From assembly GCA_007376135.1 (NCBI GenBank), contig VMFR01000003.1, forward strand, positions 11,660 to 75,659: a DNA stretch of 64,000 bases, written 5' to 3'. Below are positions 59,189 through 64,000 of this stretch, piece after piece. Both the position numbers and the translations under genes were made by a program. The notes beneath the pieces were generated by a model that had not been told where the DNA came from, searched no databases, and saw only the letters and a program-made list of their open reading frames with translations. Source of the DNA: Parcubacteria group bacterium Gr01-1014_31 (lineage in GTDB: Bacteria > Patescibacteriota > Patescibacteriia > Buchananbacterales > GWA2-38-13). Positions within the stretch are counted from its first letter, which is position 1. Every line of letters starts with the position of its first letter.

Positions 59189-59659
59189 TCAGTGGGTGAA
59201 CCCGAACAGGTGGTTGAAGATGGCCTGGTAGAGCCGCCGGCGCGAGACCATGCCGACCAGGCGGCCGTCTTCCAGCACCGGCAGGCGATGGATGTTGCGC
59301 GCGAGCATTATGGCGCCGATCTGCACCAGCGGCGTTTCGGGCGTGGTGGTGATGGCCGGCTTCACGAATTCGGCGATGGGTTTTGCACCCTCGTCGCGCA
59401 GCCATTCTTCCATGCCGCCCGGGTCCATTTTCGGGATGAGCGCTTCCTGGGCATAGAACTCCCCGTAGGTAGGGTAGAGGGCGCGGAACAGGTCCTTCTC
59501 CGAGATGACGCCCGTGAGCTTGCCGTGGGAATCGACCACGGGCGCGCCAGAAAATCCACCGCGGTGCATCAACTCGGCCGCCTGGCGGATGGTGGCATCC
59601 CGGGGGATGGCGGTGAATTTCGTGATCATCACGTCGCGGACGGTGAGTACGCGGTGCAT
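59189..59659 (-). CDS. CBS domain pair protein
   Basis: Two CBS repeats ('VRDVMITKFTAI', 'PLVQIGAIMLARNIHRLPVL'). Confidence 0.8.
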   Translation of the reverse strand: MHRVLTVRDVMITKFTAIPRDATIRQAAELMHRGGFSGAPVVDSHGKLTGVISEKDLFRALYPTYGEFYAQEALIPKMDPGGMEEWLRDEGAKPIAEFVKPAITTTPETPLVQIGAIMLARNIHRLPVLEDGRLVGMVSRRRLYQAIFNHLFGFTH

Positions 59660-59750
59660 AGAGGGGTTTCTTTCGTTCCCATCCTAGCACAGGGCAAAAC
59701 GAAAAACGAACCCAAGTATTAAGAAAAAAATGGCAGGTATTATGTGGCTA

Positions 59751-59779
59751 TTGACAAAATAAGATTAATGTGATATAAT
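59751..59779 (+). promoter_or_regulatory. Consensus sigma70 promoter with extended -10
   Basis: TTGACA, 17-nt spacer, TGaTATAAT; followed by an approximately 80-nt leader with two perfect hairpins and a GGAGG RBS. Confidence 0.65.
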
Positions 59780-59862
59780 TATATTGCTTTGTGAAGTAGC
59801 AAAGACCAGTTACTTCGTAACTGCGACGTTCTTTCTCAGACAGCGTTTTGGAGGAAACGACC

Positions 59863-60282
59863 ATGATGGGTCCAAACGATCGGAACCCGAAGTTTGCTCA
59901 GATTCCCACGCTCGTCCGCCATGGCCTTGGCAATGCCACCTGCCGTGAGGTGGGGGAATGGTACGCCACGCAACCCTGGGCCACGAAGCGGCAAGTCCGA
60001 AGAGAGCATCGAGCGACGTGCACCGCGAAAGAATGGCAGCAGTGCGAGGAAGGCGCGTGGATTATCCTGGGCGGCATCCTTGCCGTCCTTGGCATCCCCT
60101 TCACACTCTACCAGGCGTGGTGTGGGGTTTCTCCGCTCATCATGGTGGCATTGGCGCTGGGGCTCGCCATCTGCCTCATCGCCGCCATCCGAGGAGGCTG
60201 GCATCAGCTCGTCGCTTTCGCCATCACCGGCGACCCTCCCGTCGCTCCTCGTAGCGACTGCAAGCGCGTGCTCGAAGACTGA
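59863..60282 (+). CDS. Small Cys-containing membrane protein (2 TM)
   Basis: GGAGG RBS 8 nt upstream; 'ATCREVGEW', 'CTAKEWQQCEEG', then two TM helices; terminator at 60319-60351. Confidence 0.5.
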   Translation: MMGPNDRNPKFAQIPTLVRHGLGNATCREVGEWYATQPWATKRQVRREHRATCTAKEWQQCEEGAWIILGGILAVLGIPFTLYQAWCGVSPLIMVALALGLAICLIAAIRGGWHQLVAFAITGDPPVAPRSDCKRVLED

Positions 60283-60318
60283 GTACTCGCGGTAGTGAGG
60301 TGCGGCAGTGCAATCAGC

Positions 60319-60351
60319 GAGACCAGGCAAATCACGTCTGGTCTCTTTTTT
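60319..60351 (+). terminator. Intrinsic terminator
   Basis: gagaccag-gcaaatcacgt-ctggtctc followed by ttttttg. Confidence 0.8.
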
Positions 60352-60701
60352 GCGCATCAGGCGTACCCCTGGTGTTGGGGTGGCTCATCGAGAACGTTGG
60401 AAAATTTTGGTTCAGGGGATTGTGAGGGTAGTAGCATGTGGGGTAGTAATTGGTAGATTTAACATTAATCATTGTGGTACAATAAAAATGGTCGCGGAAT
60501 TTGTGAGTCATTTTCGGATATGCTACATAGTCATGAGATCGCAACGTGGTCCGGTTTTATTTTTGTCCCGAGTAATGTCTTTTGACCCGGGGGTATTTTT
60601 TTGCAAAAAGCGACCGTCGTTTTGAACTTTGCCCCCGCCCGGGGTTTTTGTTTTTGAGATAGGATTTAAGTTCATTGACAATCAGAACAGAAAGGTTTGT
60701 C

Positions 60702-61337
60702 ATGCAAGCGTATTATGCGGTCGGAAATCGCTGCGCCGTCGATATCGCATCGCTGCAGCTTCCAGTAGCTTTGGTCACTGCACTCGCCATTCTCGATCGT
60801 AAAGGTTTTGCGGTGGTGGATGTTGATCTCATTGGGTTGGCTCGACAGTGCGTTGGCTCCTCGCAGTACCGTCGCGGCGCGAAGCTAACCGAGGCACCCG
60901 CCGTCGTTGATTGTTCGGGTTTTGTGAAGTGGCTGTACGGGCAACGCGGGCTGTGGCTGCCGCGGCGATCCATCCAGCAACGATCGTTGGGTGAATCGGT
61001 CGCCCTTGATGCCATCTCTGGGGGAGATCTAGTTTTCGTTTCGGGTTGTATCGATTACTACCTTGATGATCCGAACGATGGAGTCGGCCATGTCGGGATA
61101 GCGACTAATCACCGCACGGTGATACACGCCGCCAACGCCGCGTTGGGGGTGGTGGAAAGTCCGCTCGACCGATTCATCGGCAAGCAAGGTTTTCGCGGTG
61201 CGCGGTGCTACCTCCCGAACGATCGCGAGGTGTTGACCCTTCTGACGCCCCCGGAACGAAACGTGGAGATTGCGGATGATATCAAATGGATCGTTCTGCA
61301 GTCTCTGCCGCAGAGTTCGTCGGCTTCGGTCGTCTAA
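60702..61337 (+). CDS. NlpC/P60 family cell-wall peptidase
   Basis: Catalytic Cys 'DCSGFVKWLY', His 'GHVGIATN', downstream His; AGAAAGG RBS. Confidence 0.75.
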   Translation: MQAYYAVGNRCAVDIASLQLPVALVTALAILDRKGFAVVDVDLIGLARQCVGSSQYRRGAKLTEAPAVVDCSGFVKWLYGQRGLWLPRRSIQQRSLGESVALDAISGGDLVFVSGCIDYYLDDPNDGVGHVGIATNHRTVIHAANAALGVVESPLDRFIGKQGFRGARCYLPNDREVLTLLTPPERNVEIADDIKWIVLQSLPQSSSASVV

Positions 61338-61359
61338 ATCCGATGGCGCTCTTTGCCGG

Positions 61360-61401
61360 GCTCCCCACAACCTTTAAACGGTTTATGGGGAGCTCTTTTT
61401 T
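61360..61401 (+). terminator. Intrinsic terminator
   Basis: gctcccca-caacctttaaacggtttat-ggggagc followed by tctttttt. Confidence 0.8.
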
Positions 61402-61485
61402 GTCCACTACGTAGTTCGTGCCTCATCATTGGTGCAAACAAAAAAAACCTCGCGGAGGAGATGGTACGTCGCTTCCCGAAGCGTG

Positions 61486-61872
61486 CTATCTTATCGCTTG
61501 CCAGCGTTCCGGCAGCAAGTCTGCAAGTTTAATCATGCGATCTTCGGCCAGCATAACTTCGGTATCAATATTGTCGTGATTCACTTGGTAGATCATTTCT
61601 CTACAACGGCCGCAGGGCGGCACAATGTTGCCGTTGCTGTCAACCGCGACGATCGCGGTGATACGGCTTTCACCGCCGGCCACCATGCTGGCAATGGCGC
61701 TTTGCTCGGCGCAAAACCCGATGCCGCAAGCGGCGTCGATACTGGTCCCAACATACATGTTGCCCCGGTCGGTTTGCAGCGCACAGCCCACTTCGCCCAC
61801 CACGCATTCCGGCGTCAGGGTACGGGTATTCGTGAGTGCCTGTGCTTTTTTGTACAGCTGTGTATGCTGCAT
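61486..61872 (-). CDS. cdd: Cytidine deaminase
   Basis: Zinc ligands 'CAEQ' and 'PCGRCRE'. Confidence 0.8.
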   Translation of the reverse strand: MQHTQLYKKAQALTNTRTLTPECVVGEVGCALQTDRGNMYVGTSIDAACGIGFCAEQSAIASMVAGGESRITAIVAVDSNGNIVPPCGRCREMIYQVNHDNIDTEVMLAEDRMIKLADLLPERWQAIR

Positions 61873-61941
61873 AGTAAGTTGCCCTTAGTATAGCAGAGGA
61901 TTAAACAAAAACACCTCCCCAGAAGGGGAGATGTCTTTAGG

Positions 61942-62013
61942 GGTGGCTAACGGGAATCGAACCCGTGCTAAAGGCGCCACAGGCCTCTGTGCTACCTCTA
62001 CACCATAGCCACC
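61942..62013 (-). tRNA. tRNA-His (anticodon GTG) with encoded G-1
   Basis: Manual cloverleaf: acceptor GTGGCTA/TAGCCAC with extra 5' G opposite discriminator C; anticodon loop CTGTGGC; T-arm ACGGG-TTCGATT-CCCGT. Followed (minus sense) by a hairpin/T-run terminator. Confidence 0.8.
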
Positions 62014-62204
62014 ATAGATAGATTTTCAACCCGTCGTTCCCCCTCCTATATATAGGAGGGAATTTCGCCTCGTTTTTGTCAGCACGCCTTTCCCCCCGGT
62101 ACGAGTCGCCCCGCCATTCGGGGGTACCCGCGTCGGTTAAACCCCCACCCTGCCAGATGAGGCAGCCACTTTTTGCGGGTGCTCTATTTACCCCGCGCCT
62201 TTCA

Positions 62205-62275
62205 TCCCCCCGGAGAGAATCGAACTCCCATACCCGGCTTAGAAGTCCGGCGTTCTTCCATTAAACTACGGGGGG
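62205..62275 (-). tRNA. tRNA-Arg (anticodon TCT)
   Basis: Manual cloverleaf: acceptor CCCCCCG/CGGGGGG, D-arm GTTT-AATGGAA-GAAC, anticodon loop CTTCTAA, T-arm GGGAG-TTCGATT-CTCTC, discriminator A. Confidence 0.75.
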
Positions 62276-62424
62276 TGGAAAGGTGCGGGGTCCATTGTCC
62301 CGCCGCTGGCGGGATCCGCCCAATGGCGGAAGCTACGGGGGGCGGGGAAAGGTGTGCCGACAAACCGGTCTGGAAAGGGCGCGAGTGCGGAATTGGTGCA
62401 CGATACCAAAATTTTACGGTTGCG

Positions 62425-63324
62425 TCAATCGTCCGCCGCCTTTTTCCTCGGCGGCAGGTAGCGCTTGGTGGTGGCAAGCGACGCGTGGCCCAACCGCGTG
62501 CGGACGGTTTCCAGGTCGTTGCCGGCTTCCACCAGGCTGGCGGCGACCGTGTGGCGCAGGACGCGGGGCTGTACCGTTTTCCCCAGGCCGGCGGCGCGGG
62601 CGTATTTCTGCACCAACCGTTGTACCGACCGCGGGGTCAGCCCGGCTGGAGCCGTCCGCTTGGCTCGTCCCGCGGTTCTGGCGGCCGGGTCGTGTCGGAC
62701 GAACAGCTGCGGCGCGCCGTCCACGCGCAGCTTGAGGTAGCGTTCGATCCAGTAGCGGGCTTGATTCCCTAGGGGTACCGTCCGCACGCGGTTCCCGTGG
62801 CTGACGATGGCTAGCGTCGAGCCGTCGGCGGTGATGCTGTCGCGCCGCAGCCGCGACAGTTCGCCGACCCGCACGCCGGTGGTGCAGAGCAGCTCCAGGA
62901 TGGCGCGGTCGCGGTGCTGCTGCAGGGCTCTGCCTTCCAGTTTGAAGGGTAATTCCAGCAGTTTGTTGATACCCGTGGTTTCCACGCGGCGTGGTTGGCG
63001 GGAGGGCATCGGGTCCAGCCGGATCAGTCTTGGCTCCAACACCGGACGGCCCGCGGTGCGGAGGTATGCGGCAAATCCCCGCAGCGCGGTGAGGTGGTAG
63101 TTGATGGTCGGTGTGCGCAACAGCACGTCCCCGTCGCGCCGCAGCCAGAGGCGGAACCGTTCGACCGCTTGCAACGTGAGCTCGGAGATCATCGTCGTCC
63201 CGGTGGCCGTGACGAATCGCTGGAGGTAAAGTCGGTAGTTGGTGGCCGTTTGTGCGTTGCGCCCTTTGGCCGTCTGCAGCGAGTGCAGGTAGGCGGCGAT
63301 GGCGTCGTTCAATTCCCCGGGCAT
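62425..63324 (-). CDS. Tyrosine site-specific recombinase (XerC/XerD family)
   Basis: R...HxxR...Y catalytic set ('LRHTVAASL', 'ATTKRYL'), N-terminal core-binding domain. Confidence 0.85.
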   Translation of the reverse strand: MPGELNDAIAAYLHSLQTAKGRNAQTATNYRLYLQRFVTATGTTMISELTLQAVERFRLWLRRDGDVLLRTPTINYHLTALRGFAAYLRTAGRPVLEPRLIRLDPMPSRQPRRVETTGINKLLELPFKLEGRALQQHRDRAILELLCTTGVRVGELSRLRRDSITADGSTLAIVSHGNRVRTVPLGNQARYWIERYLKLRVDGAPQLFVRHDPAARTAGRAKRTAPAGLTPRSVQRLVQKYARAAGLGKTVQPRVLRHTVAASLVEAGNDLETVRTRLGHASLATTKRYLPPRKKAADD

Positions 63325-63591
63325 ATGACGGTATTTTACGACGCCCGACTGCCCGGGGCAAGCCGGAGCGCAGTCTTGCCAAGAGCGCCAACCTGTGCTA
63401 GAGTAGCGCCACTAGACACGACTGCGGCGGTGCGCGCCAGTGCCAGGCGGCGTCGCGGCAGCCCGTGGGGAAGCACGGCCATTCGGCACCATCCGCACCG
63501 CGGAACGACAAACGAGGGAATCGTTTTGTCCGGTCAGAATGCGACGTGCAGCGCCGGACGTTTTTTATTCTTCAATAGGCACGTCAACGCT

Positions 63592-63963
63592 ATGCTCGAA
63601 AAGAAGCTCAAAGCCAAGATCATTAGCAAGTTCAAGACGCACGAGGGCGACACCGGTTCCTCGCAGGTGCAGATCGCCATCTTGACCGAGGAGGTCAAGC
63701 AGCTGACCAAGCACTTGAAGGACCACAAGAACGATTTTTCCTCGCGGCGCGGACTTCTCCGCAAGGTCGCTGAACGGCGGAAGCTCCTCAACTATCTTTA
63801 CTGGGAGGACCAGCCCGCTTTTGAAAAGCTGGCCGAAGCGCTCAAGCTGAAAGTGGTCAAACCCAGCAAGGGCGGCCCGACGGTCGCCGAACTGGCCGCG
63901 CTCGCGGCCGCCGACGAGGGGCACGGCACCGAGGCGGAAGCGACAACCGAAGCAACAGCATAA
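63592..63963 (+). CDS. rpsO: Ribosomal protein S15 with approximately 35-aa Ala/Glu-rich C-terminal extension
   Basis: 'TGSSQVQIAILTEEVKQLTKHLKDHKNDFSSRRGLLRKVAERRKLLNYL' S15 core. Confidence 0.8.
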   Translation: MLEKKLKAKIISKFKTHEGDTGSSQVQIAILTEEVKQLTKHLKDHKNDFSSRRGLLRKVAERRKLLNYLYWEDQPAFEKLAEALKLKVVKPSKGGPTVAELAALAAADEGHGTEAEATTEATA

Positions 63964-64000
63964 CGGGACGCGCCGGCTTGTGTCGGCGCTGTTCGTTTGC

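Noticed and set aside
60308-60625. 105-aa ORF in the low-GC spacer after the small Cys membrane protein gene
   Set aside because: No RBS, starts within the upstream terminator, Arg/Cys/Val-rich nonsense composition. The region is more likely non-coding or sRNA.
62014-62204. Possible third tRNA between tRNA-His and tRNA-Arg
   Set aside because: No T-loop (GTTCGA/TTC-like) or acceptor pairing could be found by eye; the region contains only a 20-bp palindrome and GC hairpins.

Overview
High-GC bacterial chromosomal segment of about 64 kb, dense with housekeeping operons on both strands and containing a few short low-GC patches. Reading 5' to 3', the coding content is: valS (partial, with odd in-frame low-GC insertions), tyrS, then six tandem, translationally coupled paralogs of polytopic GT-C (PMT_2 / GT39-83-like) glycosyltransferases. 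Next come a GAF-ANTAR regulator followed by glnA, a sufCBD-Rieske-sufS-sufU Fe-S assembly cluster, and a complete F1Fo ATP synthase operon (atpZ-B-E-F-H-A-G-D-C). After that there is a minus-strand block (Gmad2 protein, PBP5-like carboxypeptidase, M23 peptidase, DMT transporter, SpoU methylase, thermonuclease, ATP-cone/Mrr nuclease, AI-2E transporter, queA) and typA. Further along are a redox/membrane cluster, an orphan histidine kinase, a large Gly/Pro-Thr-rich lipoprotein, a small low-GC island (hypothetical protein, SAM methyltransferase, four-helix-bundle protein), a beta-propeller protein, a sugar-phosphate isomerase, a DHOD-like gene, pyk, a CBS protein, NlpC/P60, cdd, tRNA-His, tRNA-Arg, a XerC/D-like recombinase and rpsO. 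The most unusual signals are non-coding. One is a roughly 112-nt element, present in four copies, whose 21-nt terminal inverted repeats enclose the ATG start codon of the downstream gene in a long stem. A second is a roughly 55-nt structured RNA-like repeat (two copies) with compensatory base-pair changes. A third is a dispersed AGTRCTNAGTRC palindromic repeat family that also occurs in-frame inside valS and tightly flanks the four-helix-bundle gene. No CRISPR array or rRNA is present.
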